64,000 nt of DNA from NCBI GenBank assembly GCA_028534125.1, contig CM052816.1, positions 97,032,001 to 97,096,000 of the forward strand. Reading direction: 5' to 3'. Position 1 is the first letter of the stretch. Each line of letters opens with the position of its first letter. Origin of the DNA: Lama glama (taxonomy: Eukaryota). The notes under the pieces are model-generated. The model was given only the letters and a program-made list of their open reading frames with translations, had not been told where the DNA came from and did not search any database. Of the stretch, positions 13,150 through 26,099 are shown piece after piece. A program made the position numbers and the translations under genes.

Positions 13150-13950
13150 TCAAAGGCGCTCTTCCCCGGAGAGGCCGCCCCCGCACCACTCACCGAGCAG
13201 GAGGCCAAGCGGGGGCCGGCAGGACGGGAAGGCCCGCAGGAGGCCCAGCACGCAGGCACGGGCGTCCCTGACGAACCGGTTGTAGTCGGGCGCCCCCTGC
13301 CGGCTGCACAGCTCCTGCAGCCGCCGCCTTTCCGCGCCGTCGCCGGTGTGGTCCACGAGCGCTCGCAGAAACGCCTGTGGCAGGGGCAAAGGAAGGCCTG
13401 TAACTACGCATCGTTACCCCAGGCCACGATGCCTGTCCTCGTCTTAGCTGACCACTGCCACCTACAGTTACTGGACAACTGCTGAGTGCCGCTCCTCTGA
13501 CAGGCACTGGGCACAAGATGATGCCCAACCTGTCCATCGGGGTTCGCAGGCTGGCGAGACCAACGAAGGCACGAAGTCATTAGCGGGGACAGGCCAGCGA
13601 CCCAAGAGGGGCCCACGGATGTCAGGGGCTTCTGAGGCCAGGGGCTTCCGGAACGAAGGCTGAGCGGAAGGCCGGCCACGGGGAAGGCGGAGTGAAGCAC
13701 GCCCAGGCGGACGGCGGGGCCACCCCAGGGCCGGGAGGCAGGCGAGGCCCGGCTCGCGGGGAGCACGCGCAGGTCCGCACAGACGGGACGTGTGGCCGCG
13801 GGGCAGTGGCCACAGAACAAACAGCGGGGGCCAGGACAGCGAGAGGCCCTGCACGCGGCTCTGTCTCCCCGGAGCCGCAGCGGGAAAAGGAGAGCACGAA
13901 CAGCAAAGTAAAGCCCCGAATCCCAGCCTCAAGGATCCAAGCGAATCCAC
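13150..13950. other. Intragenic CpG-rich, GC-rich island over MTRR exon 9 and the 3' part of intron 8
   Basis: Dense CpG and high GC, in sharp contrast to AT-rich flanks near 11.3-12.2 kb and 14.4-15.3 kb. Confidence 0.75.
13194..13374 (-). CDS. MTRR: MTRR exon 9
   Basis: [37 protein letters not shown]...PPLGLLL; cacag acceptor, GTGAGT donor. Confidence 0.95.
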
Positions 13951-15777
13951 ACTTGCTCGTTACATTTGTTTCAACGTGCTTCCAAGTGTGCCCATCATGC
14001 GGCACACGCGGCTCTCGTTCAAGGGAAGCGAGGCATCTGGGCATGTCACCTGCATCAGTGCTGCTGAAACGTCAGAGGGCACCCCTAATTTCACTCCGTG
14101 GCCCCCATGGACCCCGGGGCCTGGGTGCCCTTAGCAGGGACGACTAGGTCCAGCGCCTGCAGGTCACAGATGTCCACTGTCCTCGCCCAGAACCCCTGCC
14201 TGAACTCTCCAGGGACAAACAACTACATAGCTTCTTCAAAGCCCCGGACACAGAGCCACCCCTGGGAAACACTGCGGAAGGAAGGAAGGAAGCCCCAGTC
14301 TCTGCGAGAGTCTCTGGTAGAACGGGACTTTACCAAGAATGCTTCGCACCACAATTTCTCCAGTTGATAAAATTTCCTAAGTTACAGGCTGAAATAATAG
14401 CAACTATAAATTCCTTAAAATATTTTCCACTTTACAGTTACAGAAAACTTTCTGGTACTGAAACACAAAATACTGCACTGTGCAGAGAACAAGCTAACAA
14501 ATATAACTAAAATTTAATCTAGAAATATTTTTAACCTAGTAATTCTACTCCGAGGAATTTTAAAAAAGGCTTCAAACAAGTGTACAAAGATGAATACAAT
14601 ACTAGAATGTTCACCTAGTTTTGTTTTTAACAGTGGAAAACTGTAAACAACCGACTGTCCACACTCAAATCAATTATGTTGCACCAACAGCATCTTTTCA
14701 AAGTATCTCCAGCGCCTTTCCATGCTGGGATATCCAAACTCATGATTTCTTTTTAAGTGAAAAAGGCGTGTCACAGAACAGCACATAGACTGCATGACCT
14801 CGCTTTTCCTCAGCAAAACAAAACTCAAGTGAGGGTTTGACTATAGAGGACTTTCGTTTCCTAAGTTACTTACTTCTGTGTGGAAATTTTATAAGCAGAT
14901 TGCTTATGTAGTAAAGAAAAATGTATTTTTAAACATATACTTTATGAAATGTTCAGAAATTATAAAGCTGAACTAAAACTGAGTTATTTAATCAAGAAGT
15001 TCACATGACAGTGAACTGTAAATTTACTCAATTGCATCTGGGGCTAAACTTCTCTCTAAAGTAGTTTACTTCCCAAAGACCACAAATGCAGTAAACACAT
15101 TAATAAATTAACAAACGCATTAATAAAACAGAGACTACACACTGCACGGCGGACAGGGCAACCTCATAATAGCACTATTCATGTTTATTGGCAACACAAG
15201 CTCCATTTAATACGAAAATGTCAGTCGTGCCCGGCACAATACTGACATCTAGTGGCTCTTTCTGTCTCCGAATTCATTTAAATTACCAACAAAACCTACC
15301 AAACCCCTTCAATTTTCCCTGAAGAATTCTGACACAATACAGATTTCTACACAAAAAGGGTCTTCACAACATTAAGCAGGTGGCAGGTAGCGGAAAGCCC
15401 GCCCTCCCCCGCGCTTCCTGTCATCAACCAGGGAAGGTGTCCGTGCGCAGCTGGAGAGCACGAGTCACTAGGGCCACTCTCCCCTCCCAGTGAATGTCTA
15501 GTAAATAAAACAGGACTAAGAAACAACCCTACTTTAACAACCTCATTTCAGTAGAAAACAAAATTTCAAAATAAGCACAACAAAAAACATATTTATCCTT
15601 GACAATTACAAAGACACCACACACCCGGGGAACTGTTTTGAACACATGCTGTGAGGACCATATTTTCTAAGCCTTCAAAATCTGCAAATACCAGATTTAG
15701 TAAACCGTACACAGAGGCAAGCACAGTTTTAAACAGTCAGCCAAACACAAATAATTAAAAAAAATATATATATATAC

Positions 15778-15866
15778 CTTTTTAGGAACTGCTCGTATTT
15801 CAAGGCACCAGGTGAAAAGGAAGCGGAGAGAACAGCCCTCGGGTACATGCTGGGGCAAGGCTGCTC
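15778..15866 (-). CDS. MTRR: MTRR exon 8
   Basis: [29 protein letters not shown]; aaaag acceptor, GTAT donor. Confidence 0.93.
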
Positions 15867-16661
15867 CTTTTCAGGAAGACGGGAGAGAGTTCGTGACACA
15901 AAGTAAATTTCAATCCCTAAAAACACAAATAGCTAATATTTCACATTACTGTGCTGTCAAAGTATAGTATGACTTGTGACAAAGTTTAGTCAATCAAAAA
16001 CATCTCCCCAAGAGGAAGACAGCAGAAAAACACACTTTACCAAAAAAATTACTATGAATTCAACAGAATGACTGTATTAGCCACACCCACCAAGTCTAGG
16101 TATAACAAACAAGAGGGAAATCACCCACAACCGGGGGACAAAACGCCCATCACCACTGCCCATTATCCTCATAAAGAATTTCAGACTGACTCAACTCCAG
16201 TTCAAAGGATTCTAAGCAGATAACTAAAAAATGACTTCCTTTAATTGTGGAAAAAATTATAATATGCTAACTTAGAAATAAAATAATACTAACTGCAAAA
16301 AACAAACAAATCGGCCCAACTAACCCAACCTGCTTCTCCAAAACTAGTCACATTCCTGTTTTCAAGTTTTCCCCAGTCTGCCACAAGCCTGTTAATTTCC
16401 AGAGCTTTGAAAAAGTTGATTCCTCAACTTCATTTTCAATGTTCGTAAGTGTCCAATAAGCATAACCTCTATTACCATCTCATTCAGCGTAACTGACCCA
16501 GTCAGGGTATCTGATGTGAAAGTTAAGAAACCACCCAGACCAGAGAGCGGTCTATTCCACCGCTGATCGTGGCCGACCCTCGGGTATCTGTGCAGACTTG
16601 TCCTCGTCACCTCCAACCCCTTAGCCCGATGACACCCTGAGAAGTAAGAGCAGGGCTGCAC

Positions 16662-16815
16662 CTTTCTTCTTTGTGTCTGCCTTAATTTTCAAGAAGACAC
16701 GGTGTTCTATCCTGTCTGCGAGCTGCAGCCTTTGGACTAGGTCCTGTACCTCGGAGTCACTGTTGGGACAGATCACGTTGAAGGCATCTCCAGGCTGATA
16801 GGAAAAATTTGTTTT
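16662..16815 (-). CDS. MTRR: MTRR exon 7
   Basis: [18 protein letters not shown]...DTKKK; ctctag acceptor, weak GTGCAG donor. Confidence 0.93.
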
Positions 16816-18309
16816 CTAGAGAAGAACCAACATGAAAGAAAAAAATTCCATATAAGTGAGTTTTAGTTCCAGGGTAACAAAACCAGAGTTTTCATTTTAC
16901 GACCCTTTGAATACATGAATTAGAAACAAAATAATTCTAATTGCAAAAAACAAGCCCAACTAACTGAATAAATATATTTTTAGTGGAAGTTACTTTTAAC
17001 AAGAAATTCTATAGTTATCCAATGTTTTGCTTTATATCATTGAGTATTCAGACTGGAAATAAAGACTTTCCGCATCTTCTAGAGAGTAAGTTGCTCCAAT
17101 AAACAGTGTTTCAATGATCCATGTAAAAATTCCTCTGATGAAAACACACACACAGAAACACACACATTACGCGCTAAAGCTACTACCTTTAGGGCCACCT
17201 GCGTTGGCTTCCAATCTCCTCTCTTTACTCCTTTCCTTTGGGGAGGAACTGGGGTGGGAGAGAACACTTTTTTCCCCTTAGTGACACACATTAAACCATC
17301 TGGCACCGTACTGGCGGGGAACACACTCGGGCTCCAGAAGGACCCCCTCCCCACAGCACGTCTACTCAGAGGGTGAGGAATGCTCCGAGAGGGCCTCTGA
17401 CCACGTGTGCCCACAGCCCTAGCTTGTGAAGGACACACACCGGCCCCGCCCATTAGCCAACCCTTGCCTCCTCATGACAGAAAGTGTAAAACAAAAGTAA
17501 AATGTTTTGAGGTACATAGGATATTTAACACTATAGGTTATTAAAATGTTCAAATGAAACGTGGAACTACTCAATAGTATGTAAGCAAAACATCTAGCTT
17601 CGACACCTGTCATTTTTTTTCTATTAGAAATTCAACTAACTCTAAAGAGACAGCCTCGACGTGCCGTCTTCTGAAAGCCCAGCCCCCTTCGCAGGCCCCC
17701 GTGAAGGTAAAGGTGGAGCTACATGACTCCCAGCAGGTCCGGAGGCACTGAAGGTTCTGGATCAGCAGCCACATTTCCTAACCTGCGGCCCCTGGACGTG
17801 GGCAGGGGCCAGGAAAGCTCATGGATGGGTTCAGAGGCAGCACATAAACCCCCTGAAACTGTGCAACACGTTTATAGACAATCACTTTTCTGGAGAGGGC
17901 GTCCACAATTTCTTCCAGATTCTCAAAGGAACAAGGACCTCCACTCTGAGAAATGAACGTCACACTCCTGTCTAGCCTGGTCAACTGCCGCTGACCCCAG
18001 GTAACCAGCTTCCTGTCCCGGGGCTCTTTCACAGAAAACGCTGCTCTGATTCCTTTATTCTCAATAATTAAGGCAGCAACACTACTCTCTCCAGCTGAAC
18101 CCTCTCCGGTCACTCCTTGCTTTAGCCCCTCCTTGAAGTGAAAAGAAAGCGGGTATGAGGTGGAGAGGAAAATGATGGGTGAAGAATAAAAAGGCTGATG
18201 TCCCACCAGAGACCTCACCCTTCCTGAGCGTGTGGACCAGAACACACCACGCAAGTCCCTGCCCTCCTTGACAGCACACCTGTGCTCAGGAATAAATTCT
18301 GTAACTTAC

Positions 18310-18432
18310 TGAAATGTCCAGTTCTACCAGAAGAGTGGTTTTTATGGCATCTTTTGTAGTCAGCTGAACTGCCTTTGAAATTGGAACGTGAAAAACTGGA
18401 TCCACTGAAGTCACAGAAGTTTGGCTTTCCTC
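18310..18432 (-). CDS. MTRR: MTRR exon 6
   Basis: [47 protein letters not shown] donor. Confidence 0.95.
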
Positions 18433-18844
18433 CTTGAGAAACGAATGTGATAAAATATTACTAAATGCAATTTTCAATTACACTTACCATTGCTTCACTA
18501 AGTGATGAGGTAAGAGCTACCACATCTCTGGAAATGCCCTGGCTATTTAAGTGCTCTTTTCTAAGGTAAACGGCTACAGACATATTCTGCTCAGTCTTTC
18601 AGAAGAGAAGCTCATCCATTTCCCAGCCTCCCTGGTTATTAGACTTTGCTTGGAATTTCTGAGATACATGGGAAACGTCAGATACTAGTATTTTCACAAA
18701 AAGGTCCAATAGTCTTCCTAACAAACTTATGCAAAAAGAAACAGTACACTTGCACACTTCAGAGATTCTAAAGGAAATGACAAGATGTTTATTAAGGTTG
18801 GCAGCAATCTATACAGATGGTCACAAGAACCCTCAGAGTGGTGG

Positions 18845-19030
18845 GCAGTGCTGTTCAACAGAGCTTCCTCGATGACTGGATGTTCCACGGCTTCACTGGC
18901 CCCATACAGGAGCCACAAGCCACGTGTGCCCACCGAGTACTGGAAATACGGCTAAGAAGTGTGACTCAGGAACTGAACTCTTAAATTTAAATTAATGAAA
19001 AATAAAATTCAGTAGCCACCTGTGGCTAAG
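18845..19030. mobile_element. MER3/MER33-like hAT DNA transposon remnant
   Basis: cagtgctgttcaacagagcttcc...gccacaagccacgtgtg...agtagccacctgtggcta resembles the MER3/MER33 pattern. Confidence 0.55.
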
Positions 19031-19340
19031 TGTGAAAGCCAGAGGACATCCTCAGTGGCTACAAAGAAGCGCTCACCTCCTGCAGCCTGAGGGCAGAGAA
19101 AGGAATGATTCAGGAGAAAAAGATTCTGACTGGTAACTACTCAGTTCCCCCGCCGCAGTGCAGGGGCAGCCAGACGCCACGTGAATGGATGTGCATGGCT
19201 GTGTTCCAGTAAACTTCACTTACAAACCGGAGGCGGCAGACCATACTCGCCTAGCAGGCCACAGCTTGTTGGCCTCTGTATAATGTAATTAAAAATCCAC
19301 CAGCACTGCCACCCAGGGCGCATAAAGTAAAACCGCTCAC

Positions 19341-19716
19341 CTGGCCAAGCGGCTCCTGCAGACACACCTGTAAATACTCTGGTGGTAAAGCGGGAATATT
19401 CAGCGAGGCCTGTGAAAGTGGGGGACCCGAACGGGTAAGTGAGGACTCAAAGTCTGCAGCCAAAGCGCTCAATTCTTTGTTCACTGCACTTTGTTCCAAA
19501 ACTTCAGAATCTTTTTTTCTTGAATTATCTAATCTCAGAAGTTCAACTTGCGATTCAATGTGTAATAATTCCGGTGCCACAGGGTCCGTCCTCGGGGAGG
19601 CATCAGACGCCGCTGTGAGGGTTCCACTCATCTCCTCTTTTCCTCCAACTGACATGAAATGCTTGGTGAGGGCAGCCCAGAGTCCGTCAATCCATGGCTC
19701 AACCACAAGTTCTAAA
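19341..19716 (-). CDS. MTRR: MTRR exon 5 (end of FMN domain and hinge)
   Basis: [16 protein letters not shown]...[26 protein letters not shown]...; GTGAG donor. Confidence 0.95.
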
Positions 19717-20779
19717 CTGGATCATTGTAACAAAAATGGAAAAAAGAAATGCCTAAGTTCTCCATTCAAATATACAATGATGGGATAATGGCAGAATCTG
19801 TCCATCTGGCAGAACACTACCAAACTGTCAAAAACACTAAATATGAAGGCTACTCAAAATACAAAAAATACCTATAAAGGATTAAGCTAAGAAGCAGAAT
19901 ATTATTGGGTTCATTAGCAGTGAGCTGTAAAGAATATGAACATGTCTAAAAGTCAGAGAACAAAAATGAAGATAATTCAGTAATAGGTAACAGGAGTGTG
20001 ATTTCTCTTAATTTCCTAAAATAGAGGTGGTATTTTAAGAAGTTGTTTGTTTTAGACAGGCATGCATAATTTTGATGAGGCTAGCAGAACTTACCCCAAA
20101 TCCAAGGCCACCCTAATATCACAAACAATAATTACATCAAATTACCATCTCTTTTTCCTGGCCTAGCCAATTTACTGATCTTTGCTTTCTATAGATTAAA
20201 GTATCACCAAGAAATCACTCCAGATTAATGCTCTTTGAGTAAGTAAACAGTTCAAATCTTCTATCAGTTCTGAAGAATTTTTCTGGTAAAATTTCCAGCA
20301 GGGCTGACCACAGAGGGAAAAGCAATAATCCTTTAGGAGAGCTCAATTAATCATAAATACATTTTAAATATGGTAGTCTCACTACTAGCAAAGAACACCG
20401 ACTGAACAACATTCTCCACACTGCCTGAACAGAGACGCTGGACTCGGGGGAAGGGCCACGGCAGGCTGCACCAGGACATCGGGAATAACATCCTTGCTGT
20501 TTTCGATCACAATTCAAATGAATTAACCATTAAATTCCAATTCATAAAGCTAAATGACCATTAAGAGGAGACACATTTTAGACCTCCATCTTACTGTGAC
20601 TTTGTCTGTAATTTCACTGTGTTAACTTGGTGATCACGCAGTATGCAGCTTAAAATGTGGTTATACAGACATCTGTCCCTCAGGAGCCTTTGGAAAAGTA
20701 TGTACAATTAGCAGTTCAATAATGACAGCCTCCTTTAAAACACCTTTCTGAGAACTCAGAAATACTAAGATGATACCGG

Positions 20780-21030
20780 CCATAATCAGAGGGCTCGCGT
20801 TCGCCGAGTGCTCACTACACGGCAGGCGCTGTTCTAAAACAACTCGTATTATTTCCCGTGATCCTCCAAAGAACCTCACACAATATATACTATTATTAAC
20901 TACTTCACAAGGGAGAATCCAAGGCACAAAAACGTAAGTCATCTGACCAAGGTTTCAGTCAGTAGGTGGGGAAAATCAAGGATGTGAACCCAGGTATTTG
21001 GACTCCAGTCCATATTCTCAATCCCTTCAA
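20780..21030 (-). mobile_element. MIR SINE remnant
   Basis: gagtgctcactac...ggcaggcgctgttctaa...tgaacccaggtatttggactccagtccat is a MIR core pattern. Confidence 0.6.
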
Positions 21031-22252
21031 CGTGATGGCACAAAATGCCTCCCTGAAAATATTTTAATTTTAGAAAAGGGAGGTTAGGGTGAAAATTTAA
21101 GAGATGCAATCTGCTGAAATGCACATTCAAGAATTTTAACACCCAATCCAGTAAATTTTTGGTTTCGGGAAACGAAAAGCCTTTGAAGTAAAATACAGAC
21201 CGAGTAACAGGACTGATGGATTTTATAAGGTTTAGTAATTAAATAGCTCATACAGGACAGTAAACATTTAATGCCAATAAGGTGGGGGAGGGGGACCCAA
21301 TATAAAGGGACAAAAGTAAAAGATAACACGCCAAGAAATGTGGTAGAGCTCTGTCCATGTGGAACGTGATCCCTGGGGATGTGGAAACCCCACAGCATCA
21401 AAGCTGCAGAGAATGCTGGAAGCAGCGGACTCAAAGGGGAAACAGAAGGGTCTTCAACACCCTTGTGCGAGGTGTTATACGCAGAAAAGCATGACACTTG
21501 CTGAAACTATCATGATGTACAAACACAGCTCTAGTAAGTAAGAATTTACTTAACATCCGCAACTGGTAGAAAAAAAAATCAAGTGTGTGTGCACGTGTGC
21601 GCACACAGTTATCTGGCTAAAACAGTTCAAGGATAAATACCAGGATAAACTATACGACAAGCTTTCTAAAGTCTCTGAATTAACACATAAGAGGACTTAA
21701 AAGGCGGCACATAGGGTGAAATACTGATTTGTAAAAAGAGTAAATTAATAAAAGAGAAATTATATTGCTGGTTGGAATGGCAGCAAATGACCTTTAAGAT
21801 GGTGACGGAGAGAACCAAGGAACCGGTGTGCCCGGAAGGCTCCACCTGAAACGCGTGGCCTGTTGGGCAGGTGTCCTCCCACGAGGTCCCGAGGTCCAGT
21901 CCAGTCACCCGCTGTGTGCATGGCAGAGAGAAAGTGCACATGCAATCCGAGTTCCTGCAAATACCTACACAGCTGTAAGACAAAGTAACGGTACTGGGGC
22001 ACCTTTCCTGATTTCCTCCACTAGCAGTACTGAGGAGGATGAGGCACTTAAGAAAAAAAAGTCAACAAAATAGATAGATCAAACTCTGGAGGATCTTTTT
22101 TGGTCCTGGAACTAAAAAAGCAAACAAAACCAAAACTTTCAAGACCACAGTTTTAGTGCGAAATTAGAAGTGAACCCCTTTCATAACCTCGCTGACTTTC
22201 ATCACATACTAGCCAGGCTGACCGGAAATGACAGAGAAGCGCGTTGCTCTTA

Positions 22253-22498
<246 letters not shown>

Positions 22499-22696
22499 TC
22501 ACATTTTCTTATTTTTCCCTTGAGAAATACTAAGTATGCAAATAGAAACAAAACACTTCGGACCACTGTTAACAGAAATGTGTTTCACATTTTTGCTTCC
22601 ATGCATCTGTGCAAAAATATGGCAATCTGAAAACAAGGATTACACAGGATTAAAAACATTCAATATGTGTATCTGCAGACTTTTCCTAACTACTGT

Positions 22697-22905
22697 AGGG
22701 TCTGCAAACTAGAGCCCGTGGGCCAACGACCACCCACTGCCATTAGAGTTTCGTTAGAACACAGCCAGGTCCATTTGTTTACATCTTGTTATGGCAGCTT
22801 TCAAGCTACATCGGCAGAGATGAGTGGCTGTTACAGAGACCACAAGGCCTGCTAAGCCTAACATATTGACTATCTTGTCCTTTACAGAGTTCACTGACTC
22901 ACAGT
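22697..22905. mobile_element. MER58-like DNA transposon
   Basis: agggtctgcaaactagagcccgtgggccaa...gaacacagcca...acagagacc...aagcctaaacatattgactatct...cctttacaga. Confidence 0.65.
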
Positions 22906-24024
22906 CTGGGACGTGGAGAGGTACATCTGAGACATGCTCACCTGCTCTGTTTCTATGCTGATACATTAGGAATTGCTTCTATGTTTCCTGGTAAGAAAAT
23001 GGACTAACATTTTTATACTTAGTTGAAATTTTAAAATTAAAAGCTTTAATTTTTAGTTGTTTAATCATCTCCATATATTTTCCCTACAAGAAGGTGGGCC
23101 CATATTTGGGCCTAATATTGACTAAAAAAGCTAGACAGGTTCTGGTCTTTTTAAATAATCTTTTGAGGAATGTTTGAAGCAATATGTACATGTTCACTCT
23201 TGAAAATAAAGAAATTGGAAAAAATCGAATTAAAGAGATGTAAACACTCTAAAATGCTCTTTTGAATACACTGTATATGATAGATCTTGGCCAGGGTCAC
23301 AGTCTCACATTTCTAGTCAGTTATTTATCATAGCACAATCTATCCCTGCTAGACACCCTACCAAAAATGGTTCTCAAAGGAGGATACAGGTCACATGCCA
23401 GGCAAACGGACCCTTAACTCCCCCTCCGGTTTCCTGTCTGGCAAGCCGGTCCTCCTGATCCTGCAGTATTTTAGCTCTACTTCACAGAGCCCTCACCAGT
23501 GCTTCTTAAGCTGGGGTACATATCAGAATCACTGGGAGCTCTAAAAAATACCGATACCAGGATCCAACCTCAGGACAGGTACGTCAGAATCACTGGAGGG
23601 GCTCAAAGTAACGGAACTGGAAGGAAAACACCCCCAGCTGATCCCAGTGTGTGGCCAGAACGACCATCCTAGAGAATGAGAGCCACCTGGGAGCTTAAAA
23701 AAACCCGCAATAAAATAGCTTGCAGGGCTGCTCCTTCAGGGACTGCTCGGGGTTGGACCCAGCCACCAACACTGGGGAAATATTTCAAGGTTGAATCTGA
23801 GGTGCGCCCATGGTTAAGAATGCCACTTAGAGGCTCTACGGAGGAGCTGCTGTGGGGTGAAGACTGGGGAAACAGCACATTTTTTACACTCAAATGTTAT
23901 ACATACATAAAATACTTATATAAAACCCACATAGTTATACACCATGGTTTTGAAAGATACATTTAGACCCTAGAGTTAAAGCCAGCAATAACAGTACAGT
24001 AAGTGCCCAAAATACGGCACACAC

Positions 24025-24178
24025 CTAGAAGTCCGTACCGCAGGTGAGCAAAGAAGTCGGCGGGCAGCGACCGGTCCTGTATGGCTTTAACAAACTTGCG
24101 GGCTGTGTCGGGTGGGTCTCCGTTGCCTGTGGTGGACACCACCACCACGAGAGGCGCTGTTTCAGTTTTCAGATCATA
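24025..24178 (-). CDS. MTRR: MTRR exon 3
   Basis: [31 protein letters not shown]...HLRYGLL. Confidence 0.96.
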
Positions 24179-25080
24179 CTATGAAACAAGGGTGTCACGT
24201 CAGAGATCTACTGCTGTATGTATTTTTGACGTGTATCAGCTGGGCAGTCAGCTTAATTTACCATCTTTCAGTCTGTACTGCATAAAGTACAGAGAGCACT
24301 TTTAAACTTTAGTCACTCCTCAGACAGCAGGAAACCTGGCTATCAGGAAGGGCCCTACTCCCTCAGAGTTCCAGGGAGCTGAGAATATCACCAGTGGTAA
24401 TAAACTGAGATCATCAGTGTTTCCAAGTCTTACAAATCAAGTTTTTAATCTCTCATTCTCACCTAAATTTACACACTTCAGATGAAGCACTTCACTGTCT
24501 CTATTTATAACGACTCCCCAAGCTCGGCTCCTCACGAGTATCATTTAACTTGCCTCCAAGGAATTCACTTTATTTTTCACACTGACATAACAGGTAAAGA
24601 TTTGAGCTAACATTTTACCAGGCAATTCAACACTTTCAGGACACTACACAGTTTGTCACAGTGAGTTTACCTTGAAAAAACTACCATGATCTAGGGAGAG
24701 AGCTGTCTGCCACCAATGGCAAAGTCTTTATTTTGGGGACGTACAAGCGGGCACTGGGATTCCCAAGGTGGAAAGGAAACCCGCGTTCCTCTGAACACAC
24801 TTACCTCATTTGTTCCCAGCCAGCTCATGAGATAAACAAGGCTAAACTAATACTTCCATGTATAGTCCAGAACAGTTACTTGTCTTAGTTTTTAGGACTG
24901 TAGTCTAATTCAAAAAACAACTTACAGGTTTAAAAAAAAAAAAAGCTGGCAGGAATCTTACAATGCAGCTGATAGTGATGGTGGCACTTAGCATCCTACT
25001 CTGTGGTTTAACACCGGCTCCCAACCGAAATACTTCTAAGTACAAGACACAGGAGGAACCACGTGAGTAACAGCTCTTAC

Positions 25081-25209
25081 CTTATCCGACTCACTAAAAC
25101 AGTGGAGATCTGCAGAAAAGCCATGTGTAACTGCTTTTTCACATATTTCTTCCGCTATGGCCTTTGCCTGTCCTTGCTGTGTTGCATAGAGCAACAAAAA
25201 CCTCCTCAT
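25081..25209 (-). CDS. MTRR: MTRR exon 2, coding part with start codon
   Basis: [48 protein letters not shown] donor; probable acceptor tttttcag before 25245. Confidence 0.96.
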
Positions 25210-26099
25210 CACCTCTAAAGCATATGCTACAGCTTAACGGTTACACTGAAAAACAGAAAAGGGAATTTCTTTCTCACAAAGTAGTAACAACCCGCAGGTA
25301 CTAATTCTCTTAATTAAAAAAGACTGCAGCAACAGCCACACAATATGAGACTTCTCTAAATGTGCTTGTTGATGGAGATAATGACAATACGTACCTGACA
25401 GAGACAGTGCTTGAGACTCAATACATCGCAGACATCTTCTTTTAAAAAACGTAAAACTGAAAATTCATTAAAATTGTGGGGAAAAAAAAGTGGTTCCTCC
25501 TTGAACCCAAAGCTAAACAGACTAATCAGAGTAATCAATGCTCATACACTGCTTTCTTATTTAATTCAATATCCTCTACATGTGACTGCATGTATATATA
25601 CACATATGTATATACAGAGAAAAAAATATCTCCAATTCACTCAAGCCTTCTCCCCATACTTATCCAGGGTCTAAACCTGAAAAGGCTGCCAGTTTGCAGG
25701 GAGAAACTTAAACTGAAACCCAAACCAAAATCTTGCCTCTTTGTGAATGAACCACCAATATTTGTATGTGCCTCTAGCCAATTAGATCTAAACACAACTT
25801 AAACCACGAAGAAATTAAAGGGTAATAGAATAGCGCTAAGCAACATGCTAAAAATCATGGACTATCCCAGGGAACAGAGCGACACCTGGCATACAGCGGG
25901 TGCTCAATGGGTTTACTGAACGAACAGATAAATAACAGCAAAACACTACACACCTGGAAAGTGTGAAACCCTAGTGATGGAAACGGCATCGCTTATTATT
26001 ACAGCTGCGACCTGGGAGCCAAGCCCAGCTCGAGGTGCTTCAGACCATGACCCCCTCGGTCCCACAACCACCTTATAAAGCAGGTACTTCACCCCATGT

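Noticed and set aside
13400..14150. Cluster of 110-160 aa ORFs on both strands in MTRR intron 8
   Set aside because: Pro/Arg/Gly/Ala-rich products expected from stop-poor GC-rich DNA; no recognisable domain
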